DNA of 64,000 nt from an uncultured bacterium (GCA_938084905.1 CALKEQ010000002.1:139515-203514); one strand, 5' to 3'. Counted from the first letter of the stretch, positions 8,296 through 18,193 are shown. The notes: a model not told the origin generated them from the sequence alone. Numbers and translations: made by a program.

Positions 8296-9321
8296 GTGGT
8301 AGGGATCGTAAAGGACGATATATTCCTTGAACATAGCCCTGAGGGCTACCATCCCGAAAATCCAAAAAGACTTGAATCCATCTATCGCATGTTGCCTCAG
8401 ATAGATAAAGATGGTGTCTTATATGTAGAGGCAAAAGATGCATCGGAAAGTGAACTTTCATACGTTCATGACCCCTCATATGTGAAACTTATCGCTTCAA
8501 CAAAGGGCACCTCAATAAGGCTTGATCCGGATACGTATGTATCACCTCTTTCTTACGATGCGGCAATAAGGGCAGCTGGAGCTGTTATAGCCCTCTCCGA
8601 TGCTATAATGGCGGAAAAGGTTGAGTCGGGTTTTGCCCTCGTTCGGCCCCCAGGACATCATGCAGAAAGGTCCAAAGCTATGGGATTTTGCCTTTTCAAT
8701 AACGTTGCCATAGGAGCTAGACATTTACAGAAAAAATATGGACTCGAGAGGATAGCTATAATTGACTTCGACCTCCACCATGGAAATGGAACTCAAAACT
8801 CCTTTTACAGTGAAAAGACTGTTCTTTACTTTTCAACTCACCAATATCCCTACTACCCTGGAACTGGTTCGGTAGACGAGATAGGGGAAAGGGAAGGAAG
8901 GGGGTATACGGTTAACGTTCCTCTTCCATATGGGATGGGGGATGACGACTACGTTTTCATCTTTAATGAACTACTCGTTCCTCTCCTTCATCAGTTTAAC
9001 CCCCAGTTCATAATGGTTTCAGCTGGCTTTGACGCTTACCACAGAGACCCATTAGGAGGTATGGATCTTACGGAGGATGGATATTCATTAATGACAAGAA
9101 TCATGTGTAATCTTTCGCGCAAAATATGTAATGGAAGAGTCCTTTTCGTCCTGGAAGGAGGTTATGATCCAGATGGCCTCTCAGCCTCTGTGAAAAGAGT
9201 TATCGAGGAGTTAAAAAAACCTGGAAATCTCCCCCTTGAAAAAGAGATAAGACCTTCAAATAGGGTAATCAGTGTTGTGGAGGAGGTCAAAAAAAAGATC
9301 TCACCCTACTGGAACTTTTAA
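8296..9321 (+). CDS. Histone deacetylase / acetylpolyamine amidohydrolase family protein
   Basis: HDAC catalytic motifs RPPGHHA, DFDLHHGNG and EGGY. GTG start taken from the track. Confidence 0.85.
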   Translation: MVGIVKDDIFLEHSPEGYHPENPKRLESIYRMLPQIDKDGVLYVEAKDASESELSYVHDPSYVKLIASTKGTSIRLDPDTYVSPLSYDAAIRAAGAVIALSDAIMAEKVESGFALVRPPGHHAERSKAMGFCLFNNVAIGARHLQKKYGLERIAIIDFDLHHGNGTQNSFYSEKTVLYFSTHQYPYYPGTGSVDEIGEREGRGYTVNVPLPYGMGDDDYVFIFNELLVPLLHQFNPQFIMVSAGFDAYHRDPLGGMDLTEDGYSLMTRIMCNLSRKICNGRVLFVLEGGYDPDGLSASVKRVIEELKKPGNLPLEKEIRPSNRVISVVEEVKKKISPYWNF

Positions 9322-9605
9322 TCTTTCTTTGCTCCCATTATCATCTCCTTCAGTTCTTTTCCCACTTTGAAATAGGTCAATCTTTTCGGCTTAACTTGGA
9401 CCTTTTCCCCTGTTTTAGGATTCCTTCCTATATATGGGCCGTAATGTCTCGGGGAAAAACTGCCAAAGCCTCTTATTTCTATTCTTTCCCCGTTTATTAT
9501 AGCTTTTTTTAGTCTGTCGATTATGGTATCGACTGCGATTTTGGCTATTTTGAGACTGAGCCCCCTCCTTTTTGCAAGTTCTGCTATTAGCTCTGCCTTG
9601 TTCAT
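9318..9605 (-). CDS. HU/IHF-family DNA-binding protein
   Basis: MNKAELIAELA...RIEIRGFGSF...RNPKTGEKV is the typical HU/IHF fold signature. Its stop overlaps the HDAC-family gene stop within TTAA. Confidence 0.85.
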   Translation of the reverse strand: MNKAELIAELAKRRGLSLKIAKIAVDTIIDRLKKAIINGERIEIRGFGSFSPRHYGPYIGRNPKTGEKVQVKPKRLTYFKVGKELKEMIMGAKKD

Positions 9606-9620
9606 AGGAACTTCCTCCTC

Positions 9621-10442
9621 TTACAGATTTTCAATACAGTAATTAGCCGCGTTTTTGAATATTCTCAGGCCATCAGGTTCTTCTGGAAGGGCCTCCCTCT
9701 TCCACCTAGGGTGAAGTTTAAGATCCAAATATGCCTCCGGATGGGGCATAAGGCCGAATATCCTTCCCGTCTCATCGCATACTCCCGCTATACTCTCCTC
9801 GGAACCGTTTGGATTGTACGGGTATTCTTGTGTAACCTTCCCAGTCTTATCAGCGTACTGTAAAGAAATATGATTTTTTTCCTTCATCTTTTTTATCAAG
9901 TCCTCACTTTTGGCCACAAATTTACCTTCTCCGTGCCTAACAGGTAAGTAGATGAACTCAAGACCTTTGAGAAATACGCATGGGGACATTCTATTCACCT
10001 TTAGGTAGACCCATCTGTCTTCAAATTTTCCCGAATCGTTGAAGGTAAGCGTTACAACCTGTTCCCTGTAATTCTTGTCAAGCCCTGGTAGGAGTCCCGT
10101 TTTTACAAGGAGCTGGAAACCGTTGCATATTCCAAGAATTATCTTCCCATCTTCTACGAATTTTATAAGCTCATCGATGAAATATCCACCCTTACCCTTT
10201 AACGGTTGGTATTTCCATTTTACAGACTGTGCCTTTGCGGATCCAAGGTCGTCCCCATCAAGGAAGCCTCCGGGCAGTGTGATGAAGCAAAATTTGTGGA
10301 TCATCTGTGGCTTATCAAGAAGTTCATAGATGTGGACAAGCTCTGGAGAAAACCCTGCCATCTTGTGCGCCAGATAGGTTTCCTGCTCACAGTTTATTCC
10401 GTTTCCGAAAAGAACGAGGCTCCTTAGTTTTTTTCCCTTCAT
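9621..10442 (-). CDS. purQ: Phosphoribosylformylglycinamidine synthase, glutamine amidotransferase subunit (long PurQ type)
   Basis: Class I GATase triad context GICNGFQ and MPHPE. Resembles the C-terminal domain of large PurL. Confidence 0.7.
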   Translation of the reverse strand: MKGKKLRSLVLFGNGINCEQETYLAHKMAGFSPELVHIYELLDKPQMIHKFCFITLPGGFLDGDDLGSAKAQSVKWKYQPLKGKGGYFIDELIKFVEDGKIILGICNGFQLLVKTGLLPGLDKNYREQVVTLTFNDSGKFEDRWVYLKVNRMSPCVFLKGLEFIYLPVRHGEGKFVAKSEDLIKKMKEKNHISLQYADKTGKVTQEYPYNPNGSEESIAGVCDETGRIFGLMPHPEAYLDLKLHPRWKREALPEEPDGLRIFKNAANYCIENL

Positions 10443-11239
10443 GTAGCGTAGCTATGGAGACCTGATAAGAGGAAATTGACTCCAAAATAAGTGAAAAGAA
10501 CACTCAAAAAACCTATCACTGATAAAAGGGCCAGTTTCTTGCCAGTCCAGCCCTTAACTAACCTGCCGTGGAGGAAAAGGGCGTATATGATCCAGGTGAT
10601 AAGTGACCACGTCTCCTTTGGATCCCAGCTCCAATACGAACCCCATGCGTAGTGTGCCCAAACTGCACCTGTAAGGATACCAGCGGTAAGAAATACAAAG
10701 CCTATCGATACGCTTTTCCAGTTTATTTCTTCAAGAATTGAGGCCGTAGATGAAGATCCTTTTGACTGAAAAAAGAAGAGAATCCCGCAAAGGAAGGAGA
10801 GGAAGAAGGAAGCGTACGCGACGAAACAAGTAGAGACGTGAAAGTGCAACCAATTACTCTGCAAAGCAGGAACAAGAGGCTTGATGTCCCTTTCTATTGA
10901 AGGGGAGAGATTTGCGTAAATCATTATAAGGAGAGATCCTGCAAGGGCCGAATGAAGAACTGAAGGGTATCTCAAGTTCTTTTTAAGAAGAAGTGATAGA
11001 AGAGTTATACACCATGCAAAAAAAACAAGAGACTCGTAATAGTTGGAAAGTGGTGCGTGCCCATAGCCAAGCTCGTACGACTCGAGCCACCTAGTAATGA
11101 GTGCTAGCGTGTGAAATGAAAAAACAACCAGAATCGAATGGAAGAGGTATTTTTTTCGTGTAGCCTCACTGAATAGAATGAGAACGATCAGAACAAGGTA
11201 AAGAAAGGTAGTTATGAGGAATAGGGTTTCATTGAGCAT
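10439..11239 (-). CDS. ccsA: Cytochrome c biogenesis protein CcsA/ResC (System II)
   Basis: Polytopic membrane protein with the heme-handling WWD motif (WGSYWSWDPKETW). Confidence 0.85.
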   Translation of the reverse strand: MLNETLFLITTFLYLVLIVLILFSEATRKKYLFHSILVVFSFHTLALITRWLESYELGYGHAPLSNYYESLVFFAWCITLLSLLLKKNLRYPSVLHSALAGSLLIMIYANLSPSIERDIKPLVPALQSNWLHFHVSTCFVAYASFFLSFLCGILFFFQSKGSSSTASILEEINWKSVSIGFVFLTAGILTGAVWAHYAWGSYWSWDPKETWSLITWIIYALFLHGRLVKGWTGKKLALLSVIGFLSVLFTYFGVNFLLSGLHSYAT

Positions 11240-12512
11240 AAAATCTACTCCCGATTTTTTTTAATTCCCTTTCAGAATCCTCTCTCCTCTTCTCCGAATG
11301 AACAGCAACCCACGTTCCAGTCGAGTCGCCTCTTAAATAAACCTTCCTGGGGGATAAAAAAAAGGTAGTGAAAAGTCCAAAAAGAAGGAGAGAAAAGCCG
11401 GACCAGACGATGTAGATGCCAGGGTCTTTTGTAACCTCGAGTACCGTGTAAAGATCCTCCTTCACGTCTATAAACTCAACCTTTTTTCCTCCTATTTCCT
11501 TAAGTCTCATTTTCTGCACGTCCCTTAAAAACCACGTCGTTTCAGGATGACCATTTTGCAAATAAGCAACGAGTACTCCAGGACCAAAATCATGAATGGA
11601 AGGTTCATATCTCATAACCCTCATAATAAGACCATCCTCTCTGAAGACCTCCCTATCTGTAATGCTCCTTTTTCTTCCATCCACTTCAAAATAGAATGTA
11701 GCCTCCTTTCCGTAACTCGCCTGATAGAAATAGTAACCTTCGTATTTTAGGGGTTCGTTCACTCTTATCCTTTTTTCCATAATTTTTTCGCCGTCTTTCA
11801 AAATTTCTATCTCCGTTACATAGTCCTTTGGTGTCCCATCGGCGTAAAAGTCAACTCTAAAATCCTTGCACCTTAATAGAAAATCGAGTTTTGTTTCTTC
11901 TGGGTTTTTTCCTCTCAGTGTAACGTAGCTCTTCTCCTCTCCCTTTTTTAAACTCACAAAACCCCTCAACCCGAAGAGCAGACCCAGGAGACTACCAAGG
12001 AGAATGATGATTATGCTAAAGTGAATAAAATGAACCCCGTACCTTGAAAATCCCCATTTTTCAAGGCAGACACCGTCCTCTTCTTTAATTAAGACCTTAT
12101 AATCCTTCTTCAATTCCTCAGTAACAGATTCCAGACTCAACCCAGAAAGATAAAGGGAATTACGCATTTTCCTTAAGTTCTCAATCGGCGGAATAGTCTC
12201 CTTGGAATTTCTCCTTAGGTCCCTCTCAAGTCTTTTCAGGCTGCACGTAAAAAGGTTTAACGCGAAAAGAAAGAGGAGGAGAATGAACCACCATGTACGA
12301 AAAACATCATCAAGACCAAAAAGCTTTATGATCCTGTATCCAGATTGCGTATAGAGCTGAACGTATTCCTCTGGGGTTCCTCCCTGTTTTATGATGGTTC
12401 CCAGTACCGAACTGGCCGCTATGATTAATAAAAGGGAAATACCCAGTTTTACAGAACTGAGGAAATCATATACCTTTTTTCCATATGTTACTTCTTGTGA
12501 CATTCCGTGCAC
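11229..12512 (-). CDS. Cytochrome c biogenesis protein ResB/Ccs1 (System II)
   Basis: 427 aa with N-terminal TM helices, a large soluble loop and a C-terminal TM, lying directly upstream of ccsA. The start may be Met4 at 12503. Confidence 0.8.
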   Translation of the reverse strand: MHGMSQEVTYGKKVYDFLSSVKLGISLLLIIAASSVLGTIIKQGGTPEEYVQLYTQSGYRIIKLFGLDDVFRTWWFILLLFLFALNLFTCSLKRLERDLRRNSKETIPPIENLRKMRNSLYLSGLSLESVTEELKKDYKVLIKEEDGVCLEKWGFSRYGVHFIHFSIIIILLGSLLGLLFGLRGFVSLKKGEEKSYVTLRGKNPEETKLDFLLRCKDFRVDFYADGTPKDYVTEIEILKDGEKIMEKRIRVNEPLKYEGYYFYQASYGKEATFYFEVDGRKRSITDREVFREDGLIMRVMRYEPSIHDFGPGVLVAYLQNGHPETTWFLRDVQKMRLKEIGGKKVEFIDVKEDLYTVLEVTKDPGIYIVWSGFSLLLFGLFTTFFLSPRKVYLRGDSTGTWVAVHSEKRREDSERELKKIGSRFYAQ

Positions 12513-12865
12513 TTCGTAGGAGCCTTGTTTCCTTTGGCCACAACTTCCTTATGACAATCTATACAAAGTTTGTGGTATGCGTCCTTAAATAGAGGTACCC
12601 CTTCCTTTGCATCTTTCACAGGATGGCATTTGATACATAGCTCAGGCTGTGTGGGATCTGGTTCCTTGTGATGACATTTTGAACATTGAATCTTATGCTT
12701 CTCAGCATGCAACGCGTGAGGGAAGGGAACGGGAGCGAGTTTTCCACCTTCCACTTTAAGTGTCATTACCTCTGGAGCCTTCTTTTGGGCAAATACGGAA
12801 AGAGCTAAAACAAGGAAAAGGAAAATCGGAAAGAAAAGGAAAACATGAGTTATTCTACTTTTCAT
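12488..12865 (-). CDS. Tetraheme c-type cytochrome (c3-like), secreted
   Basis: Signal peptide plus four CxxCH motifs (CSKCH, CIKCH, CIDCH, CTECH) in 125 aa. Confidence 0.85.
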   Translation of the reverse strand: MKSRITHVFLFFPIFLFLVLALSVFAQKKAPEVMTLKVEGGKLAPVPFPHALHAEKHKIQCSKCHHKEPDPTQPELCIKCHPVKDAKEGVPLFKDAYHKLCIDCHKEVVAKGNKAPTKCTECHKK

Positions 12866-12945
12866 CGCGACCTCCCTGAAAATTTGGAAATATATAATTC
12901 AAAAGGGGTGGCAAGTCAAGTAAAACATCGGCAAATAAATTTTCC

Positions 12946-12974
12946 TTGACAGGAGCTTAAATTCGTCATATTTT
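12946..12974 (+). promoter_or_regulatory. Sigma-70-like promoter for dfx-rbr
   Basis: TTGACA (12946-12951), a 17-nt spacer, then TATTTT (12969-12974), about 35 nt upstream of the dfx ATG. Confidence 0.45.
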
Positions 12975-13007
12975 TAGTTTAAAACGTTTTTAGATTAGGA
13001 GGGTAGA

Positions 13008-13385
13008 ATGACCGAGAGATACGAAGTTTATAAATGCACAGTTTGCGGGAACATAGTTGAGGTGCTTCATCCTGGAAAAGGTCAGCTCGTCTGCTGCAAC
13101 AAGCCAATGGAACTGATGAAGGAAAATACGGTCGATGCCTCATACGAGAAGCACATTCCAGTGATTGAGAGGAAGGAAGAAGATTTTGAAATCAGAGTCG
13201 GCTCCGCGCCTCATCCCATGGAGGAGACTCACTACATTGAGTGGATCGAGATCCTCCACGACGGGAGAGTGCTGAGGCAGTTTCTGAATCCGAAAGATGA
13301 ACCGAAGGCTTATTTTAAGGAGAAAGCAGAAGATGTGACGGCCAGAGAGTACTGCAATCTACACGGACTATGGAAATCAAAATAA
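13008..13385 (+). CDS. dfx: Desulfoferrodoxin (superoxide reductase, 2Fe type)
   Basis: N-terminal desulforedoxin centre (CTVCGN...CC) and centre II ligands ([20 protein letters not shown]). Confidence 0.9.
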   Translation: MTERYEVYKCTVCGNIVEVLHPGKGQLVCCNKPMELMKENTVDASYEKHIPVIERKEEDFEIRVGSAPHPMEETHYIEWIEILHDGRVLRQFLNPKDEPKAYFKEKAEDVTAREYCNLHGLWKSK

Positions 13386-13404
13386 AGCTATAGGAGGTAA
13401 TTCG

Positions 13405-13980
13405 ATGAAACACCTAAAGGGAACAAAAACGGAAAAAAATTTGGTCGCTCTTTTTGCCGGTGAGTCACAAGCCAGGAACAGGTACACTTTTTTTGCCTCT
13501 GAAGCTAAAAAGGAGGGGTATGAACAGATCGCCTCGATCTTCCTTGACACTGCTGACAATGAGAAGGAGCATGCAAAAAGGCTTTTTAAGTTCTTAGAGG
13601 GTGGAGAGGTGGAAATAACTGCCTCTTATCCAGCAGGAAAGATATCTAACACACTTGAGAACCTGAAAGCTGCTGCCTCAGGTGAGAATCTAGAATGGAC
13701 AAAACTTTATCCTGAAGCTGCCAAGGTCGCAGATGAGGAAGGTTTTCCGGAGATAGCAAAAGTATTCAGAGAAATAGCAAAGGCGGAAGCAGAGCACGAA
13801 AAAAGGTACAGACAACTGATAAAAAACATTGAAGAGGGTAAGGTCTTTAAAAGAGAAAAGCCTGTAAAATGGAGATGTAGGAACTGCGGATATGTGTATG
13901 AGGGAGAAGAGGCTCCAGAGGTTTGCCCTGCTTGCGACCATCCAAGGGCTTACTATGAACTCTTCGTCGAAAACTACTGA
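13405..13980 (+). CDS. rbr: Rubrerythrin
   Basis: Di-iron four-helix bundle (ExxH motifs: EKEHAKR, EAEHEKR) plus a C-terminal rubredoxin-like CRNCGY...CPACDHP. Confidence 0.9.
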   Translation: MKHLKGTKTEKNLVALFAGESQARNRYTFFASEAKKEGYEQIASIFLDTADNEKEHAKRLFKFLEGGEVEITASYPAGKISNTLENLKAAASGENLEWTKLYPEAAKVADEEGFPEIAKVFREIAKAEAEHEKRYRQLIKNIEEGKVFKREKPVKWRCRNCGYVYEGEEAPEVCPACDHPRAYYELFVENY

Positions 13981-13986
13981 TCTTCT

Positions 13987-14015
13987 GGCCGGGATACCCG
14001 GCCTAAATTTTTTTT
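13987..14015 (+). terminator. Rho-independent terminator after rbr
   Basis: GGCCGGG-ATA-CCCGGCC perfect 7-bp stem followed by TAAATTTTTTTT. Confidence 0.8.
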
Positions 14016-14057
14016 CATCAGATTGACTATCCTTTGAGCCAATGATAGACTACCCTT

Positions 14058-15239
14058 GTGAAAAAAAGGGTTCAGATTTTCAATACTTTCCATTTTTACA
14101 TTATAAAGGAAGTTTTCCCCATCTTCTCTTTGTCAGCCTTACTCTTTGCCTTCATCCTCGTTGTTGGAAGGATTAGGCAGCTAACCGATCTCATCATAAA
14201 CAAGGGTGTGGAAATAAAGGACATTTTTTTAGTTTTGCTTTACTCCTCACCTCCCTCCCTGACATTCACTTTACCCATGGCCTTTCTTCTTTCAACGATT
14301 GTCGTTCTCGGAAGACTATCGTCAGAGAACGAGATATTGACCTTAAAAACCTCAGGGATAAGCCTCAAAAAGATTTACCTTCCTGTTTTTTCCTTCGGTC
14401 TTGCAATAACATTTTTCGGGCTTTTAAATACATTCGTTCTTCTGCCGCGAAGTACCGAGCTTTTTAAGGATACGTTAATCCGGGTTGTGAAAAAGGGTAT
14501 AACGGTACAGGATCGGGAAGGTGTATTTAACGATTCAATTCCAGGAATCGTGATTTACATTGATAAGGTTCAGTTGGAGAGGGGCTATTTTTCAGGCATC
14601 CTCGTCTCAGACGAAAGGGAAAAAAACGTAAGGCAGATAGTCGCCGCTAAGAGCGGGATTATAAATTTTGACAGCTCAAACTTGAATCTGAGCTTTATTT
14701 TGAAGGATGGAGTGATACATAGATGGGAAAAAGAAAAGGACATATACAGAAACCTATCATTTAAAGACTACACATTCACGATAGATTTAGCCACTCTCGT
14801 TCCCAGAGGAAAACCAATAAAGAAAAAGCCTTACGAGATGGGAATATCAGAGTTGAAAGAGATCTTAAAGAGGGAGGAAGACGCCTCTAAAAGGTACTAC
14901 CTTTCACTTGAGATATACAAAAAGATCTCTCTTCCCCTTTCACCTCTCTCCTTTGCCTTCCTTGCGGTCCCCTTAGGGATAAGGAGAAAGACGGAGGGTA
15001 AGTTTGCCGGTGCAATTTTAAGCCTTCTCCTCTTTTTGGCTTATTATCTTCTTATGGGTTTGGCAGACTACGCTGGAGGGAATTTCAAATTCCCACCTCT
15101 ATTTACTGCCTTCATCCCTAACATTCTTTTTTTCCTAACAGGACTTTATCTCACAAAAGGACTGGATCAGGATGAGCACCCAGGCTCTTTTGAAAGGCTT
15201 AAGCGGTTTTTTTCTTCTCTTTATGAAAAAATTAGATAG
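14058..15239 (+). CDS. lptF: LPS export permease LptF (YjgP/YjgQ family)
   Basis: 393 aa, six-TM YjgP/YjgQ architecture with a periplasmic beta-jellyroll insert. GTG start downstream of TTGACT-17-TAGACT. Confidence 0.75.
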   Translation: MKKRVQIFNTFHFYIIKEVFPIFSLSALLFAFILVVGRIRQLTDLIINKGVEIKDIFLVLLYSSPPSLTFTLPMAFLLSTIVVLGRLSSENEILTLKTSGISLKKIYLPVFSFGLAITFFGLLNTFVLLPRSTELFKDTLIRVVKKGITVQDREGVFNDSIPGIVIYIDKVQLERGYFSGILVSDEREKNVRQIVAAKSGIINFDSSNLNLSFILKDGVIHRWEKEKDIYRNLSFKDYTFTIDLATLVPRGKPIKKKPYEMGISELKEILKREEDASKRYYLSLEIYKKISLPLSPLSFAFLAVPLGIRRKTEGKFAGAILSLLLFLAYYLLMGLADYAGGNFKFPPLFTAFIPNILFFLTGLYLTKGLDQDEHPGSFERLKRFFSSLYEKIR

Positions 15240-16302
15240 CTATCTTACGTCTACTACGTTAAAGATTTTGCTAATTTGCGAAATCTGTGGGGTCTTTATA
15301 TACTCGATTGTAGAATTTTTTGAACATATAGACCGTTTTGCCTCTTCCTTCGACAACTTTCTTCTGTCACTTTTGTATCTTCTTGTAAAAGCACCTTTCT
15401 CCGCAAGCCTCATACTTCCTTTGGCTTTTCTCACCTCAATGCTCATTACATTCGTATTGATGATAAGAAACAACGAAATCATCATAATAAGAAGTTCCGG
15501 AATTAGCACTATCCATTTCATAAGACCCCTTCTTTACCTTTCATTTGGGCTCACCCTTTTGAGTTTTTTGCTCTCAGAGTGGGTCACTCCAGAATCTTAC
15601 AGGCTATCAGAGTACATCTACAGGGTGAGAATAAAAAAGGAGGAGCCTTACATTTCAGTGAAAAATGATAGAATATGGTTTAGAAAAGGGAACATTATCA
15701 CAAGAATAGACTACTTTGACGCGAAAGAAGATGTGGTAAAGGATATCACTGTTATAGAACTTTCCCGCGACTACACTATAAAAAGGAGGCTTGACGCAAA
15801 AGAGGGCGTATATGTGGAAAGTCAGTGGATTTTTAGGGATGTGGTAGAGAGAACATTCGATAAGGAGGGAGCTATTTCAAAGAAATTCTACCCCTTTCTC
15901 TTTGGACTTTTAACGGAACCACCTCAATCATTCAAAAACGTGCAAAAAAATCCAGAGGAGATGGGCTTAAAAGAACTCTTCCTTTACATAGAAAAGTTAA
16001 GGGAAAATGGGTACAACGCGAAAAGGTACATGGTTGATCTATACAATAAGATATCCTTCCCCTTCGTAAATATAATAATGGTGACGATTGCATGCTCAAT
16101 AGGACTTAGGTACTCGAAAACGAGGCATATAGCACGTGGTATTTTTTCAGGCATAGTTGTAGGAGCTTTATACTGGTTTTCACATTCTTTTTGCCTCTCC
16201 CTTGGCTATTCAGAGATATTTCCTCCGATCTTCTCCGCCTGGCTTACAAATGTTGTTTTTTTCTCCTCAGGAGTAATAGGTATTTTAACCCTGAGAACAT
16301 AA
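15223..16302 (+). CDS. lptG: LPS export permease LptG (YjgP/YjgQ family)
   Basis: Paralogue of the preceding gene. I place the start at MKKLDSYL (15223), 17 nt inside the lptF 3' end, rather than the tracked 15172. Confidence 0.75.
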   Translation: MKKLDSYLTSTTLKILLICEICGVFIYSIVEFFEHIDRFASSFDNFLLSLLYLLVKAPFSASLILPLAFLTSMLITFVLMIRNNEIIIIRSSGISTIHFIRPLLYLSFGLTLLSFLLSEWVTPESYRLSEYIYRVRIKKEEPYISVKNDRIWFRKGNIITRIDYFDAKEDVVKDITVIELSRDYTIKRRLDAKEGVYVESQWIFRDVVERTFDKEGAISKKFYPFLFGLLTEPPQSFKNVQKNPEEMGLKELFLYIEKLRENGYNAKRYMVDLYNKISFPFVNIIMVTIACSIGLRYSKTRHIARGIFSGIVVGALYWFSHSFCLSLGYSEIFPPIFSAWLTNVVFFSSGVIGILTLRT

Positions 16303-16305
16303 GAT

Positions 16306-16833
16306 ATGGACGATACCTTACTCCTCCTTCTTCACCCTGAAATGAAAAGGGCATATCTGGACGTAGAAACTGATTTTTCCGGAAAGATAAGTGTTATAGG
16401 GGTCTCCAGCGGGGAAGGGGATTTTGTACAGTTCTATGGAGAGGACGTTACTTTTCAAAACTTAGAAAGGGTTCTCTTGGGAAAAGAGGTGATTGTTACA
16501 TTCAATGGAGATCGGTTCGATCTACCGCTGATAAAAAGAGAGCTAAATTTCGACGTAAAATTATCTTACATTTCCCTTGACCTCTTCAGGGTAAAGAAAA
16601 GGATGGGGATAGGAGGGGGACTTAAAGAGGTTGAAAGATACTTCGGTATAAGAAGAAGCACCCAAATTAGTGGGCGCGATGCTCCTTTTCTCTGGGATCA
16701 TTACATCCGTTACGGTGACCTTTTTGCCCTTCAATTACTGCTTACGTACAACAGGGAGGATGTGCTTAACCTTATTGAACTTGAAAATAAATTGAGGTCC
16801 ATGCTTCAGAATAAGTATGAAGGAAACCTTTGA
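16306..16833 (+). CDS. RNase H-fold DEDD-type 3'-5' exonuclease-like protein
   Basis: Exo motifs LDVET (DxE), FNGDRFDLPL and YNREDV in 175 aa. Confidence 0.55.
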   Translation: MDDTLLLLLHPEMKRAYLDVETDFSGKISVIGVSSGEGDFVQFYGEDVTFQNLERVLLGKEVIVTFNGDRFDLPLIKRELNFDVKLSYISLDLFRVKKRMGIGGGLKEVERYFGIRRSTQISGRDAPFLWDHYIRYGDLFALQLLLTYNREDVLNLIELENKLRSMLQNKYEGNL

Positions 16834-17524
16834 AATAGATTCGGCCTATAACAGAATAAAAGGGATTGTGAAGTACCCTTTAGAGGAGGGTGGTCCCTTT
16901 GCATGCGTTATTTTTTCGCACGGTCTTTTAAGCTCAAAGGAAAGTTCCAAGTACGTCGAAATTTCGGAAGGCTTGGCAACTTTAGGGATTATGAGTGTTA
17001 GTTTCGACTATCACGGCTGTGGGGAATCTGGGGGGAAAATAGAAGAGACAACATTGACAAAGAGGCTTGAGAATCTTGAAAGGGTTTTTGAGTTCGCCTA
17101 TTCAAACAGAAGGGTTGATAGGGAAAGGATCGGTATACTCGGAAGTAGCTTTGGAGGGACAATCGCAATTCTTAAAGCTGCAAAGGATAAGAGAGTAAAA
17201 GCGCTCGTGATCTTTGCTACACCTTACAGATTGGAAAAAAATAAAGATGTTCTTTCTGGGTTGGGGTTCCCCGATTCTTTTTTTAGGGACTTTTCTTCAT
17301 ACAATGTCCTCTCCGCTGCCAGTTCAGTATCTAATTGCCTTGTGATTCACGGAGAAAATGACGAGGTTGTACCATCTGAACATGCAATGGCAATATTCGA
17401 AAGTTTAAAAGAACCTAAGAGATTGGAAATAATCGAAGGTGCAGATCATACTTTTTCTAACCCTTATCACAGGAAGGTTGCGATCGGGATTGCCCTCTCC
17501 TGGTTAAAAGACCATTTACTGTGA
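16817..17524 (+). CDS. Alpha/beta hydrolase (dienelactone-hydrolase-like)
   Basis: Nucleophile elbow GSSFGG, acid and His region (IHGENDEVV, GADHTF). Confidence 0.7.
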   Translation: MKETFEIDSAYNRIKGIVKYPLEEGGPFACVIFSHGLLSSKESSKYVEISEGLATLGIMSVSFDYHGCGESGGKIEETTLTKRLENLERVFEFAYSNRRVDRERIGILGSSFGGTIAILKAAKDKRVKALVIFATPYRLEKNKDVLSGLGFPDSFFRDFSSYNVLSAASSVSNCLVIHGENDEVVPSEHAMAIFESLKEPKRLEIIEGADHTFSNPYHRKVAIGIALSWLKDHLL

Positions 17525-18193
17525 TTTTTCTTTCTCTTTAGTTTTCAGATGTTCTTTTATATATTCTCCCACAATATGACTTAAACCTATGCCTAGCGCA
17601 AGGGACAATGCCATTATTACACCACCGAATACTATGAGAAAACTCACCGTTATTATGGTGTTTCCTATCCCTATGTATTCAAAGACGATTCCAAATGTGA
17701 TTACTATGAGAAATATGCGCACAGCTTTTGCTATTATGTCTCCGTACTTTATATTCGCATTTTCGCATGCCATAAATATAAGCCTGCCAACGAAGTTACT
17801 GAATATGATGCCGATTATTATCATTACGACGCTTACGATGATAGTGGGAAGAGCGCTCGAGATCTTCGAGGCGTACTCAGAGAACTGTGAAATCCCGATA
17901 AAATTTAGCCCAAAGGAAAAGAAGGATATGATGAATATCCAGTAGAGGATCTTGCTTACAATAACTGAAGGACTTGAAGTGATCCCACCCTTTTTTAGAA
18001 AGTTCAAAATCCCCGCTTCTTCAGCCCACCCGTCAAATCTCAGAAGAACGAGTATCTTTTCAACAAGTTTCCTTATGAGCCAGCTTACTATAACCCCCCC
18101 TATCATGACGATCACCATGACTAAAATACTTAGAAAGATCTCTGTGAAATTTTCGTAGAGATCGATGAAGAGATCCTTTAGGAAATCTTTCAT
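17516..18193 (-). CDS. Integral membrane protein with conserved TM-helix repeats (mechanosensitive-channel-associated type)
   Basis: 225 aa with several hydrophobic helices and no catalytic motif recognised. Last gene of the Mo-hydroxylase transcription unit. Confidence 0.45.
   Translation of the reverse strand: MKDFLKDLFIDLYENFTEIFLSILVMVIVMIGGVIVSWLIRKLVEKILVLLRFDGWAEEAGILNFLKKGGITSSPSVIVSKILYWIFIISFFSFGLNFIGISQFSEYASKISSALPTIIVSVVMIIIGIIFSNFVGRLIFMACENANIKYGDIIAKAVRIFLIVITFGIVFEYIGIGNTIITVSFLIVFGGVIMALSLALGIGLSHIVGEYIKEHLKTKEKEKSQ

Noticed and set aside
12866-13007. Looked for the TGTTACA-N3-TGTAACA PerR-like palindrome upstream of dfx-rbr.
   Set aside because: It is not present. Only ordinary -35/-10 elements for the two divergent operons are visible, so I make no regulatory claim there.
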